From Gemmatimonadales bacterium (lineage in GTDB: Bacteria; Gemmatimonadota; Gemmatimonadetes; Gemmatimonadales; GWC2-71-9), in assembly GCA_965249575.1 (NCBI GenBank), contig OZ252244.1, forward strand, positions 3,456,001 to 3,520,000: 64,000 nucleotides of DNA, written 5' to 3'. Of this stretch, positions 10,848 to 21,008 are shown piece after piece (position 1 is the first letter of the stretch; every line of letters starts with the position of its first letter). A model generated the notes under the pieces. The model saw only the letters and a program-made list of their open reading frames with translations, did no database searches and was not told where the DNA came from. The position numbers were made by a program, and so were the translations under genes.

Positions 10848-11941
10848 ATGAAGCGTCCAACCAAGATCATCCTCGGCGCCGTTCTGCTCGCAGGCGTCGC
10901 CGGCGCTCTCGCTGTATTGCGGGCGTCAAACCGCGGCGGCGATCCGGACGTGCCGACCGTGACCGTTGAGTTCGGCACGATCGTCGACCGGGCGCTGGCC
11001 GTCGGGCGGATCGAGCCGGAGGTGGAGATCGAGGTGAAATCCCAGTTGGCCGGCGTAGTCCGCCGACGGTTCGCCGAGGTCGGGGAGTTCGTCGAGAGTG
11101 GCGCGCCTCTCCTCGAGATCCAGCCTCAGCCGACACCGCAGGAGCTCGTGGGAGCCAAGCGCCAGATGGAGCTGCGGGACGTCGAGCTCAAGGCCATGGA
11201 ACGCGAAGTTCGGCGTCAGGAGGACCTACTCGCGCAGAGTCTCGTCTCCGAGCGTGAGTACGAGGACACGCAACGCCGGTACCAGCAGGCCAAGATCCAG
11301 TTGCAGATGGCGCGGGAGCAGCTGCAGTTGCTCCAGGAGGGCAGGATCTCGGCAGATTCAGACTCGATATCGACGACAATCCACTCACCGATCGACGGCT
11401 TTGTTCTCGAGAAATGGTTGACGTGGGTGACCCCGTGGTGCCCCTCACGTCGTTTCAAGAAGGTACGGTCCTGATGTCCATGGCCGGGATGGATCATCTG
11501 CTGTTTCGGGGCACCGTGGATGAGATCGACGTGGGTAAGCTCAGGGAAGGGATGACGGCCGACCTGAAGATCGGTGCGCTGCCGCAAGCCAACATGGGCG
11601 GAGTGGTGTCGCAAATCTCACTCAAGGCACGCACAGAAGAGAGCTCGACGGTCTTCCCCGTGGAGATTCGTCTGACCGGGACGGAAGGAGCGATTTTGCG
11701 CGTCGGCTTCTCCGCGAGCGCCGACGTGATCATCGACCGGCGCGACAGCGTGCTGGTGATCCCGGAGCGCCTGGTCGATTTCGCGGGCGTCACCGCTCGG
11801 GTTACCGTGCTCCGCGATGACGGCGCGCGTGACACCGTGGTGGTCGAGACCGGGCTGAGCGACGCCATCAGCATTGAGATCCGTGAGGGGCTACGGCCCG
11901 GGGATCGCGTCATCGAGCCCCCGCCGAGAGAGATCTCCTAG
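10848..11941 (+). CDS. Efflux periplasmic adaptor subunit (MacA/HlyD family), one frameshift at about 11413
   Basis: GRIEPEVEIEVKSQLAG, IHSPIDGFV and VDEIDVGKL; GAGAAATGG lacks one A needed for E-K-M-V-D-V-G-D. Confidence 0.85.
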
Positions 11942-13159
11942 GTGCTGCGCGAGATTCTGGCCGACCTCCGGAGCCAGCGTCTCCGAACGGCGCTCACAAT
12001 CCTCGGCATAACGTGGGGTACGGTGGCGGTGGTGGTTCTGCTCGCGTTCGGAGTGGGGCTCGAACGCCAGACGTTGAAGCGATTCCACGGCCTTGGAGAT
12101 CGTATCGTCATTCTGTTCGGAGGAAGGACCACGAAGAGCCATCAGGGCTTTCCGGACGGGCGCTTCATTCGCCTGCGGGAAACGGATGGCGCGATTCTCC
12201 AGAGCGAGATCCCCGACATCGTAATGCTATCCCCGGAGTACCAGGAGCGCAGCACGCCCGTGCGGCGTGGACCTGCCACTGCGAACCCCAACATCACCGG
12301 CATCTACCCGGTGTACGGGACAATGCGCAACATCATCCCCGACACCGGCGGCCGCTTCATCAACCGCCTGGATCTCGAGGGACGACGGCGCGTGGTGGTG
12401 CTGGGCGACGAGCTCAAGCAGCTCCTGTTCGAGGACTCGGACGCGATCGGGGAACGGATATTCGTAGGTGAGGTACCGTTCACCGTCGTCGGCGTCATGA
12501 ACCCCAAGCTGCAGACTTCGTCGTATAGCGGGCGCGACAAGGACCGCATCTTCATCCCCGCAAGTACACACGTCGCGATCTTCGGGAATCACTACGTCAA
12601 CAACTTCGTCTACCGCACCCCTAGCCCGCAGGCGAGCAAGGGCATTGAGCGGCGCGTGTATGAAGTGTTGGGCAAGAAGTACCGGTTCGATCCAGCGGAT
12701 GAGGATGCGCTGAGGGTGTGGGATACGACCGAGTTCGAGCTCATGTTCTCGTACTTGTTTCTCGCCTTCAACATGTTCTTTGGAATCGTAGGGAGCTTCA
12801 CCCTCACGGTGGGTGGAATCGGAGTCGCCAACATCATGTACATCGTTGTAAAGGAGCGCACCCGCGAGATTGGCATCCGTCGTTCGGTCGGAGCGACCAA
12901 GAAGGATATTCTCGTTCAGTTCTTCGTCGAGACCTTCGCGATCGTGGCCGTGGGGGCAGTCTTCGGATTCTCAGCGTCGATCGGCGTGGTATGGGTGCTG
13001 AGCTTCATCCCGCTACAGGATTTCGTGGGCAGGCCCACGATCTCGCCCGTGGTTGTCGCGGTCACGTTGTCGCTGCTCGCCGGCGTCGCGTTCATGGCGG
13101 GCTTGTTTCCGGCCAGGAGGGCGGCGAGTCTCGATCCGGTCGAGGCGCTGAGGCACTAG
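11942..13159 (+). CDS. ABC transporter permease (MacB/FtsX family)
   Basis: RTALTILGITWG, GVANIMYIVVKERTREIGIR and PARRAASLDPVEALR. Confidence 0.92.
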   Translation: MLREILADLRSQRLRTALTILGITWGTVAVVVLLAFGVGLERQTLKRFHGLGDRIVILFGGRTTKSHQGFPDGRFIRLRETDGAILQSEIPDIVMLSPEYQERSTPVRRGPATANPNITGIYPVYGTMRNIIPDTGGRFINRLDLEGRRRVVVLGDELKQLLFEDSDAIGERIFVGEVPFTVVGVMNPKLQTSSYSGRDKDRIFIPASTHVAIFGNHYVNNFVYRTPSPQASKGIERRVYEVLGKKYRFDPADEDALRVWDTTEFELMFSYLFLAFNMFFGIVGSFTLTVGGIGVANIMYIVVKERTREIGIRRSVGATKKDILVQFFVETFAIVAVGAVFGFSASIGVVWVLSFIPLQDFVGRPTISPVVVAVTLSLLAGVAFMAGLFPARRAASLDPVEALRH

Positions 13160-14403
13160 TGTGGAGGATCCTGCTAGGCGAGTTCCTAGGTGACATAGAG
13201 ACGCAGAAAACGCGCTCACTGCTCACCTTGCTGGCGATGACGTGGGGTACGATCTCCGTCGTGCTGCTCCTTGCCTTCGGCGACGGACTGCGGGTAGCGG
13301 TCGAGGATGGTCTCTTGAACGCCGCCGAAGACATCTTTCTTGTCTACGGTGGCGAGACCAGTAAGGTGTTCGAGGGACTCCCCAACGGACGCCGCATCAG
13401 GCTGACGGACCAAGACTTCGACGTTCTCTTGCAGTCGATTCCGGAACTGGACCTGGGAAGTCCGTCTTATGGTCGGGGTGGGACCACGTTCGAGCACGGC
13501 GACCAGAAGACCACGACCTACATGGAAGGCGTGCATCCTGAGTTTTCGGAGATGCGGCGCATGTTCGCATGGCCCGGTGGGCGTTTCATCAATGCCCAGG
13601 ACATTCGGCAGCGGCGCCGTGTGATCTTCTTCGGCGACGAGATCGCCGAGCGACTGTTTGGACGTGTGGATCCAGTGGGCAGGACCGTATTGCTCGAGAG
13701 CGTCCCCTTCCTCGTGATTGGCGTGATGCGGAAGAAGTTCCAGGACTCGAGCAACAACGGCCCCGACGCCGACCGCGCCATCATTCCGGCCTCTACCTTG
13801 AAAACCACCTTCGGCCAGCGGTTCGTAAACCACCTGGTACTCGGGCCGCGCAATCCGCTCGAGTCGGAGTACGTCGAGGCGGAGATCTTTCGGGTGTTGG
13901 GACGGCGCCATCAGTTCGATCCCACCGACCCGCGGGCCCTCCGCGTCTGGGACCTGATCGAGGATCGCAAGCTGGTGGTGCAGATCGGTACCGGAATACA
14001 ACTCTTTTTGGGCCTAGTCGGCGCGTTCACCTTGATTGTGGCGGGGGTTGGCGTGGCCAACATCATGTACGTGGTCGTGCGGGAGCGCACGCGCGAGATC
14101 GGCATCAAACTGGCGATCGGCGCGCGGCGGCGGCACATCATGAGCCAGTTCGTGTTTGAGGCGCTGCTGATCACGTTGGTTGGCGGCGGGTTCGGGCTTC
14201 TCTTCTCGGGGCTCGTCGTGGCCGGCGTCAATGCCCTCCCTGGTGACGATCAGGCGATGCAGTACATCGCGAATCCCAATCTCTCGTGGCCGATCGCCCT
14301 CATCGCCGTGACGCTCCTGGTCGCGATCGGGCTCATTGCTGGATACCTGCCCGCGCGAAAGGCGGCGAGTGTGGATCCCGTGGAGTCGCTGAGGTACGAG
14401 TAG
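13159..14403 (+). CDS. ABC transporter permease (MacB/FtsX family)
   Basis: GTG start in a TAGTG overlap; GVANIMYVVVRERTREIGIKLAIGA and PARKAASVDPVESLRYE. Confidence 0.92.
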   Translation: MWRILLGEFLGDIETQKTRSLLTLLAMTWGTISVVLLLAFGDGLRVAVEDGLLNAAEDIFLVYGGETSKVFEGLPNGRRIRLTDQDFDVLLQSIPELDLGSPSYGRGGTTFEHGDQKTTTYMEGVHPEFSEMRRMFAWPGGRFINAQDIRQRRRVIFFGDEIAERLFGRVDPVGRTVLLESVPFLVIGVMRKKFQDSSNNGPDADRAIIPASTLKTTFGQRFVNHLVLGPRNPLESEYVEAEIFRVLGRRHQFDPTDPRALRVWDLIEDRKLVVQIGTGIQLFLGLVGAFTLIVAGVGVANIMYVVVRERTREIGIKLAIGARRRHIMSQFVFEALLITLVGGGFGLLFSGLVVAGVNALPGDDQAMQYIANPNLSWPIALIAVTLLVAIGLIAGYLPARKAASVDPVESLRYE

Positions 14404-14618
14404 GGGTACGGCCAAGTCCGGTGCGGGTGGCCAACACCGTACCGGAGGACCTTGCACTGACCGTTGCCGGTCCAGCACGACCTGGGACTGAAGAGGCGAC
14501 GCTACAGTCGACGCTCCGGTGCTGCATCGTTACTTCTGTCAATCTCGGCTGCGGTTGGGGTTCTGGTGTCTAGAACATGTTGCGAGCCGAGCACTTAGGC
14601 ACGAGGGCTGCGTCACGC

Positions 14619-14634
14619 TGTGACGTGCGTCACA
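14619..14634. promoter_or_regulatory. CRP-family operator, perfect consensus
   Basis: TGTGA-CGTGCG-TCACA, upstream of a TTGACG -35-like hexamer at 14662-14667. Confidence 0.65.
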
Positions 14635-14721
14635 AAGGAACAAAAAATGCACCGACGAGAGTTGACGTTCTAGCCAATCGTTCTTAATCCGGTACACGGC
14701 GTACTTTTTCGAGGGGGTCGC

Positions 14722-15591
14722 ATGCAGATCTCGAACGGCCGAGCTTATTGGGGTGCGGCGCTTGCTGTTTGCATCGTCGCCGCGTGTAGTGATCCCGGGG
14801 CGCCGGAGGCACTCGACGTGCCACCGTCGTTTGGCGGGACGGGAACGACTCCGCCGACGGAGTTCGTGCTCTGCAAGGAAGGGACGGGTGCCAGCTTTAC
14901 GTACGCGATCAATGGGGGCGCCGCGAATGCCGTGACGCTCGCGACCGGTGAAGCCAACCCCGGAGCCGAGGTCTCGGTGACCGAAGATGCGGACCCCAGC
15001 ATTCAGTTGGATTCGATCGTCCGCGTGGTGTCCGAGGTGAGCGGCTCAGTCACTCGGGACGTTTTCGTCGGAACCAGCACGGTTTCTGGGTTCGTCGGCG
15101 ACGATGCGACCACCGTGACCTTCTTCAATCAGCCAGTGTCCAGCGTCGGTCGGATGACCGGAGGTGGGGGGCAAATCATCCTTGGCGACGTGCGTGTCAC
15201 TCGCGGGTTTACGATCCATTGCGATATCACGCTGTCGAACAACCTGGAGGTCAACTGGCCGGATAATCGCTGGCACATCGACAAGCCGCTGACCTCGGCT
15301 CAGTGCATCGACGATCCGAGCGTCGATCCGGAGCCACCGGCGGCGCCTTTCGACACGTTCATTGGCGAGGGTATCGGGAGGTTGAACGATGTCGACGGGT
15401 CGGCCGTTCGATTCACGTTTGTCGACAGCGGCGAGCCGGGCGGCAAACAAGACAAGGCGAGCGTCCAGATCTGGGCACCGGGTGCCGATCCAAACAGCGC
15501 TACACCGGTCCAGGACGTGCCGCTCAGCGTCCTCGATCACGGGAACCTGCAGGCCCATTTCGATCAGCCGCACGGCAACAAACCGAACTAG
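14722..15591 (+). CDS. Secreted lipoprotein of unknown function with a beta-rich C-terminal GRMTGGG domain
   Basis: Lipobox CIVAAC; GAGG RBS; motifs GRMTGGG, GFTIHCD, NNLEVNW, FVDSGEPG and GNLQAH. Confidence 0.75.
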   Translation: MQISNGRAYWGAALAVCIVAACSDPGAPEALDVPPSFGGTGTTPPTEFVLCKEGTGASFTYAINGGAANAVTLATGEANPGAEVSVTEDADPSIQLDSIVRVVSEVSGSVTRDVFVGTSTVSGFVGDDATTVTFFNQPVSSVGRMTGGGGQIILGDVRVTRGFTIHCDITLSNNLEVNWPDNRWHIDKPLTSAQCIDDPSVDPEPPAAPFDTFIGEGIGRLNDVDGSAVRFTFVDSGEPGGKQDKASVQIWAPGADPNSATPVQDVPLSVLDHGNLQAHFDQPHGNKPN

Positions 15592-15617
15592 TAAGGACTG
15601 AGTGGTAACGAGGCTCT

Positions 15618-15660
15618 GGGGCGCCCTCTGGGACGATGCGTTCCGGGGGGCGCCGTCTTT
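15618..15660 (+). terminator. Rho-independent terminator
   Basis: GGCGCCCTCTGGGACG-ATG-CGTTCCGGGGGGCGCC stem (with G-U pairs) followed by TCTTT, just after the stop at 15591. Confidence 0.6.
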
Positions 15661-15958
15661 CGGTGGCCATTCCGTCGGACTCGGAGCGGAACCGGTGCAG
15701 GGATGATCGGTGATTGCTGTTATGAAGCGACTACGGCCGTATCGACCACCGCTTGCCGAACCGCCTCCGATTCAGACGACGATTCCCCCAACGCACGCGC
15801 TCATGAACAGGACAGGTCGGGACGTCGATGGAGTACATCGGTGGCTCGGTATCGATGGTCACGTTCAGCATGAGATGCGGGACGATCCCAGCGAGCAGCG
15901 CACTTCCGTAGGCGAGAACTCGACCGTTAGCGGGCGTCACCGTGCCCGACGGCTCGGC

Positions 15959-16402
15959 CTAGTCGCCAGCCCCGGTGGGGTACTTGGGCATTGAGCCCGA
16001 CATGTGGAGCCTCGCGAAGTCATCGTCGATCGAGATCTCCAGATGGTGCCCATCAGAGCTGCGGCGTTCGCCTGCGTTGCGGGTCCGGCGGCGGAGCCTT
16101 CGTCCGAGCCAGCTGCGTGCTTTCACGCGTGCGAACAGGCGGTCGAAGCCCCGCTCCAACGAGCTCATGAGGAGCGTATCGAAGAGGATTTTGCCGAGGC
16201 CGCGTTCCCGGTACTCCGGTGCCACCGCGACCTCCACGTAGCCAGACCTTCGACCTGACCGCTTGACCAGTCTGGAGATCCCGATCGGTGCTGTGTTTCC
16301 ATCCGCATACGCCGTCCAGGCCGCCGCATCCCCGTCTGCGATGCGCCGAACGACGACGTGTTGGCCATCCGCCAATACCACTTCGAAGGCTCCCGAGTCC
16401 AC
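15959..16402 (-). CDS. GNAT family N-acetyltransferase
   Basis: Acetyl-CoA motif VAVAPEYRERGLGKIL. Confidence 0.65.
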   Translation of the reverse strand: MDSGAFEVVLADGQHVVVRRIADGDAAAWTAYADGNTAPIGISRLVKRSGRRSGYVEVAVAPEYRERGLGKILFDTLLMSSLERGFDRLFARVKARSWLGRRLRRRTRNAGERRSSDGHHLEISIDDDFARLHMSGSMPKYPTGAGD

Positions 16403-16655
16403 CTTGATAACCCTCCGCTAGAGAACCGCGCTGCTGCGGACGCTTAGCCGGCTATTCTCTAAGAGGCGCAGAAGGCTGCCGGATCGGCTCGTGTGCGGTT
16501 GGGCTGTCGTCGCGGTTGAGCGGTGGCGACCAGGTCCAGGCTCCCAGACGCGGCTGAACCGGGCACACAATTCCGTGGCGGGGCGGACGGAGCTCCGCGG
16601 GCGCGGGGGCGGACACCCGAACGGAGGGATAACTTGTCCGGCGACGGTCTATCAG

Positions 16656-16739
16656 GCCCGGGTGGTGAAATCGGCAGACACTAGGGACTTAAAATCCCTT
16701 GGGGGCAACCCCGTGCGGGTTCGAATCCCGCCCCGGGCA
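16656..16739 (+). tRNA. tRNA-Leu(TAA)
   Basis: Acceptor GCCCGGG/CCCGGGC plus discriminator A; anticodon arm AGGGA-CTTAAAA-TCCCT; long variable arm GGGG-CAA-CCCC; T-loop GGTTCGAATCC; CCA not encoded. Confidence 0.96.
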
Positions 16740-16961
16740 TTGGTGTGGGACAGGAGTTCTACCGACCGCAATTCCTCCGGAGTCTGTCCTCCCCTGAGTT
16801 ACGGCACCGTCCGGTGAGGGGTTCCGGCGTATCATTCGTGCTCGGCATACTATTTGCTTCCGGCACTTTGGTTGCGTTATGGTTACTCCAATGTCTGAGT
16901 ATCGTCTCTCCCTCGCTGGGCCGTTGCCCGTGCAGGCCGGATCAAGCACCGTTCGGTGGGA

Positions 16962-17666
16962 ATGCCGACGGCCATGATGCAACAGGCGGTGCAGGCCCCC
17001 GATTCGAGCACGGTCGTGTTTCCGTTGGTGGAAGCGCCAATACCCCTGGCACCGCTGGCCATCAACCTGGCCCTGGTGCTCAGAGCCCACTTCGAGCGGT
17101 TTTCGTCGACGATGACGAATCGGAGTCAGTTCGCCGGCGTCTTTCCCTTCGTTCTCCTCACGACACTCCTGATCATCACGATCGTCAAGTCGTCACTTGC
17201 GCTCTCGCTGGGGCTGGTGGGCGCGTTGTCCATCGTCCGGTTTCGTACGCCCATCAAGGAACCGGAGGAGCTTGCGTACATTTTTCTCGCCATTGCCATG
17301 GGTCTCGGATTGGGCGCCAATCAGACCGTGCCCACGGTGTTGGCCGGACTCTTCATCCTCGTCGTGATGGCGGCCCTCAAGCTGCGGAAGCGGCGGTCTA
17401 TCGGTCAGAACCTCTATGTGTCCGTCGACTGGACCGGTGAGGCGCTGGCTCCCCGCGATGGGCTCGACTTCCTCAACACGACGATCAAGGCTCATTCAGT
17501 ACGCAGCGATCTTCGACGATTCGACGTGCGCAACGGATCGGTGGAAGCCACGTACCTCATCGATGTCGACGGGGCCGATCAGCTCTCGCGTCTCGTAGAG
17601 GCCCTCCGTAGCAAGCCCGATGTTGGCGTAACGTTCATCGATCAATCTCAGCTCTCCCCACCGTAG
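16962..17666 (+). CDS. DUF4956-type membrane protein
   Basis: SLALSLGLVGALSIVRFRTPIKEPEELAYIFLAIAMGLG signature; several TM helices and a soluble C-terminal domain. Start could be 16956, 16962 or 16974. Confidence 0.85.
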   Translation: MPTAMMQQAVQAPDSSTVVFPLVEAPIPLAPLAINLALVLRAHFERFSSTMTNRSQFAGVFPFVLLTTLLIITIVKSSLALSLGLVGALSIVRFRTPIKEPEELAYIFLAIAMGLGLGANQTVPTVLAGLFILVVMAALKLRKRRSIGQNLYVSVDWTGEALAPRDGLDFLNTTIKAHSVRSDLRRFDVRNGSVEATYLIDVDGADQLSRLVEALRSKPDVGVTFIDQSQLSPP

Positions 17667-17671
17667 CTCGC

Positions 17672-20328
17672 ATGCTGCTACACGGACCGGACAGGAAGTC
17701 CTACCGAGAGGTGTGGAGCCGCCTCCCATTGCGTCAGCGCACACTTTATGCGGCCGGTGTGCTACTTATTTGGTCGGCGGTCGTTGCCCTCACCGGGGCT
17801 ATGACGAGTCCGGGACAATGGGCCCATGAATGGACGGTCGATCGAGGCCTCATCGACGTTGGGGACGTCGAGGTTGCGCGAGGGTTCCTTGTATATCCGT
17901 TCGCGTGGGCTGCGACCCGGAGGTCACCGGCGGCGGTACCGCTGCTGACATTCGATATCAAATTCAAACACTTTCTGACGCTCAAGGGGCAGCGCGACGC
18001 GGCGCTCGATCGCGGCGTGCTACTTCACGGCGATGACGATTTCGTTCCCGCATCCTTGCGGTTCGCTGGACTCACACTGCCTGCCGATGTGAGGCTGAAG
18101 GGTGATCTGGTCGATCACCTCCGTGGCGACAAGTGGGCCTTTCGCGTGAAGCTCGAGGGGACTGGACGACTCTTCGGGATGCGTCGGTTTTCGATCATGC
18201 ATCCGAAGGGGCGCGACTATCACAGTGAGGCGCTGTTCTTCGACGCGGCCAGAAGCGAGGGGGTACTGGCGCCCAGACATTTCTATGCCGACGTCGTGCT
18301 CAATGGCGAGTCGCTGGGGCGCATGATCGTCGAAGAGCATTTCACTCGAGAGCTGCTCGAGTCTCAACAACGCCGCGAAGGCGTCATCGTCCGGTTCGAC
18401 GAGGCGCCGTTTTGGGAGAACGGCAATCCCTGGTATCTCGATACGTATAGAAACGCCATGATACGGCCGTTCCAGGACTCTCTCGTCGCTCGCTCGGACG
18501 TCCTCTCGGCAAACCTGCGTCTCGCCACGGGTTTGTTGCGAGGGTTCGTCGACGGGAAGCTACGCGCGTCGGACGTCTCGACGCGAAGCTGATGGGCAGG
18601 TATCTCGCCATTTCGGAGGCGTGGGGCGCGCGGCACAGTCTGCGATGGAATAACATGCGGTTCTACTTCAATCCCGTAACAGCGTTGCTGGAACCTGTGG
18701 CGTTCGACGCCATGGTGGGTTACGCGCTGTCGGCGCGCGAGATGTACGAGGGCCGGTATCCGTTCGTCTCGGCCGCACTGCGGGATTCCTCCGTTCGCGC
18801 GCACTACGAGGCGACGCTCCATCGGTGGTCCACCCGGGACAACGAGGTGGTCGCGCGGTTGGAGGGGAATCAGGAACGGTATCGAAGCACCCTGCGCCGT
18901 AGCTACCCTCTACTCCGAGCGATCGACTTGAACGTCGTAGCGCAGCGGGCGGCCGATCTCCTGAGCTTGAACGCCGACGGGCCGCTTTGGATCGTGGAAC
19001 AGCCGATCCTCCACTCGTACGCGGTCCAGGATAACGGCCGTCACTACCTCGAGCTTGCCAGCATGGTTCCGGAGTCCCTGGAGGTCACGAGCATCTATTG
19101 GCGTTGGGATGGCGAGTCGCCGCCGGCGCGCTCCGCGGCCACGGAAGGCCTGTCGCTGCCGCTCGTACTCGATGGGACGCCCGTCGGCCAGGTCCCGCGG
19201 CCGTTGCGCGTGCCGTACCTCCCGCTCGAGGGTCACGCGGCCCTGTGGATGGACGTGCGGCCCTTCGGGACGTCAAGAGGCGTCCAGGCGGTGCCGGCCA
19301 GGGAGTACTTCCCCGCAGTCGCGCGGTCACCGTTGGCTCCACACCGGCTCGACGAGGTCATGGCCCGATACAGGTTCCTGCGCTGGGAGCCCGACAGTCT
19401 CACCGTCAGTGTACCGGCCGGGACCTGGCAGATTACCGAGCCGCTGGTTTTGCCGGAAGGGGTCCGCCTCGTCGTCCGGGGTGGCGCGACGCTACACCTG
19501 GAGCCAGATGCCGCCATCGTGGTGCGCGCACCGCTGCATCTCAGAGGTGAGCCCGGCCGACCGGTTCGTCTTCGGGGCACCGTGCGCCGTGGTGAATCCG
19601 GGCCGTGGCCGGGGATCGTCGTCATGGGGGCCGACGAAGCATCCGAGTGGTCGCATGTCGAAGTGGTTGGAACAGCCGGCATCGACCTGGACGGTTGGAA
19701 ACTGACCAGCGGCGTGACATTTTACGAAAGCGACGTGCACATCAGCGACGCCACCTTCCTGCGCAATCGGACCGAAGACGTGCTCAATATCGTTCGATCG
19801 TCGTTCACGTTGTCAGACGTCGACTTTGCCGACGCGGTGTCCGACGGCTTGGATGCGGACTTCTCCGACGGCGCCATCACCGGCGGCTCGTTCGACACGA
19901 TCGGCTGGGTTGGTGGGGGCGATGCGATCGATGTGTCCGGCGCGGACGTCACAGCGGAGGCCGTACGGTTCGCGGAGATCGGAGACAAAGCCATTTCGGT
20001 TGGTGAGGGGGGCTCGGTGGTGGTGCGCAACGTCACCATCAGCAACGCGACGGCCGGCGTCGTGAGCAAGGACGCTTCTCGCGTTGAGGTCACCAGCTCG
20101 AAGTTTGAGGGCATCGAGTTGGCTGCGCTCATGGTGTATATCAAGAAGCCGGAGTATGGCCCCGCATCGCTCATCGCGGACCATGTCGAATTCGAGAAGG
20201 TCGCGCGGCGGGCATGGGTCCAGACGGAGAGTACGATTCACGTGAACGGACACCCCGTTCCCACCGTCGCCGTGAACGTCGATTCCCTCTATGACACGGC
20301 GATGCGGAAGCGCCGTCCGGCACGATGA
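17672..20328 (+). CDS. CotH-family kinase fused to a right-handed beta-helix domain; one frameshift at about 18578
   Basis: N-terminal TM; RLKGD..DH, EEHF and HSLRWNNMRFYFNP..LEPVAFD; beta-helix repeats DGLDADFS, DAIDVSG, DKAISVGE. Adding one T to GACGTCTCGAC restores D-V-F-D-A-K-L-M-G and joins the two ORFs. Confidence 0.8.
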
Positions 20329-21005
20329 CGATGGCCGGGCGGTCCGAAACCAAGCTGGTCGCTCCGGAAGTCCTCGCACCCAACGTAATCGAGTGGCTTC
20401 GTCTACACCCGGGGGGGTTCTTTCGACCGTTTCCCGCCAGAACGATCAACAACGCTTACTTCGACACCTTCGACTACGCATCGTACGAGGCCAGCCTCGC
20501 AGGGATCGCGGATCGCTGCAAGGTGCGTTTGCGCTGGTACGGCTCCTCACGCATGCCTCATTCGGGCCAGCTCGAAGTCAAGCTCAAACGGGGGCTCGCG
20601 GGGTGGAAGCTAACGTACGAGATGTCGGGACAGCCTGGCGAAGAGGGAGTTGGCTGGCAACGCCTCGTGCGCGGCTGGTGCGAACGGCTCGAGCCGGCGG
20701 GTGCACGATGGCTGCCTGAGTATCCGCAGCCCGTGCTGACGAACCGCTATCACCGACACTATTTCAGCACCGCTGACGGCACGGTTCGGGTGACCGTCGA
20801 CGTCGGTCTGGAGTTCTGGGACCAGCGCTACAAGCCGTATCCCAACACCACGGTCAGGACACACGTGCCGCGGAACACCGTCGTCGAGATCAAGTGCGCC
20901 ACGGAGCATCGGCAGCTCGCGACCGAGCTGATGGCCGGTCTGCCGATACAGATGTCCCGGAACTCGAAGTATTGCTCCGGCCTGCAGGCCAGCCACGGGT
21001 TCTAG
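20325..21005 (+). CDS. VTC-domain (polyphosphate polymerase-like, CYTH fold) protein
   Basis: RSETK, RTINNAYFDT, RCKVRLRWY, EVKLK, YHRHYF, RVTVD, VVEIK and SKY; ATGA overlap with the upstream stop. Confidence 0.87.
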   Translation: MTMAGRSETKLVAPEVLAPNVIEWLRLHPGGFFRPFPARTINNAYFDTFDYASYEASLAGIADRCKVRLRWYGSSRMPHSGQLEVKLKRGLAGWKLTYEMSGQPGEEGVGWQRLVRGWCERLEPAGARWLPEYPQPVLTNRYHRHYFSTADGTVRVTVDVGLEFWDQRYKPYPNTTVRTHVPRNTVVEIKCATEHRQLATELMAGLPIQMSRNSKYCSGLQASHGF

Positions 21006-21008
21006 TTG

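Noticed and set aside
15731..15940. 69-aa ORF downstream of the GNAT gene
   Set aside because: No recognisable motif or clear RBS; cannot be supported.
16656..16739. bldA-like control through the rare TTA codon
   Set aside because: In-frame TTA codons occur in ordinary genes here (HD-GYP at 38641, several in the TRAP permease), so there is no sign of restricted use.
18560..18600. Programmed frameshift in the CotH gene
   Set aside because: No slippery heptamer; a single missing T explains it, like the other indels in the window.
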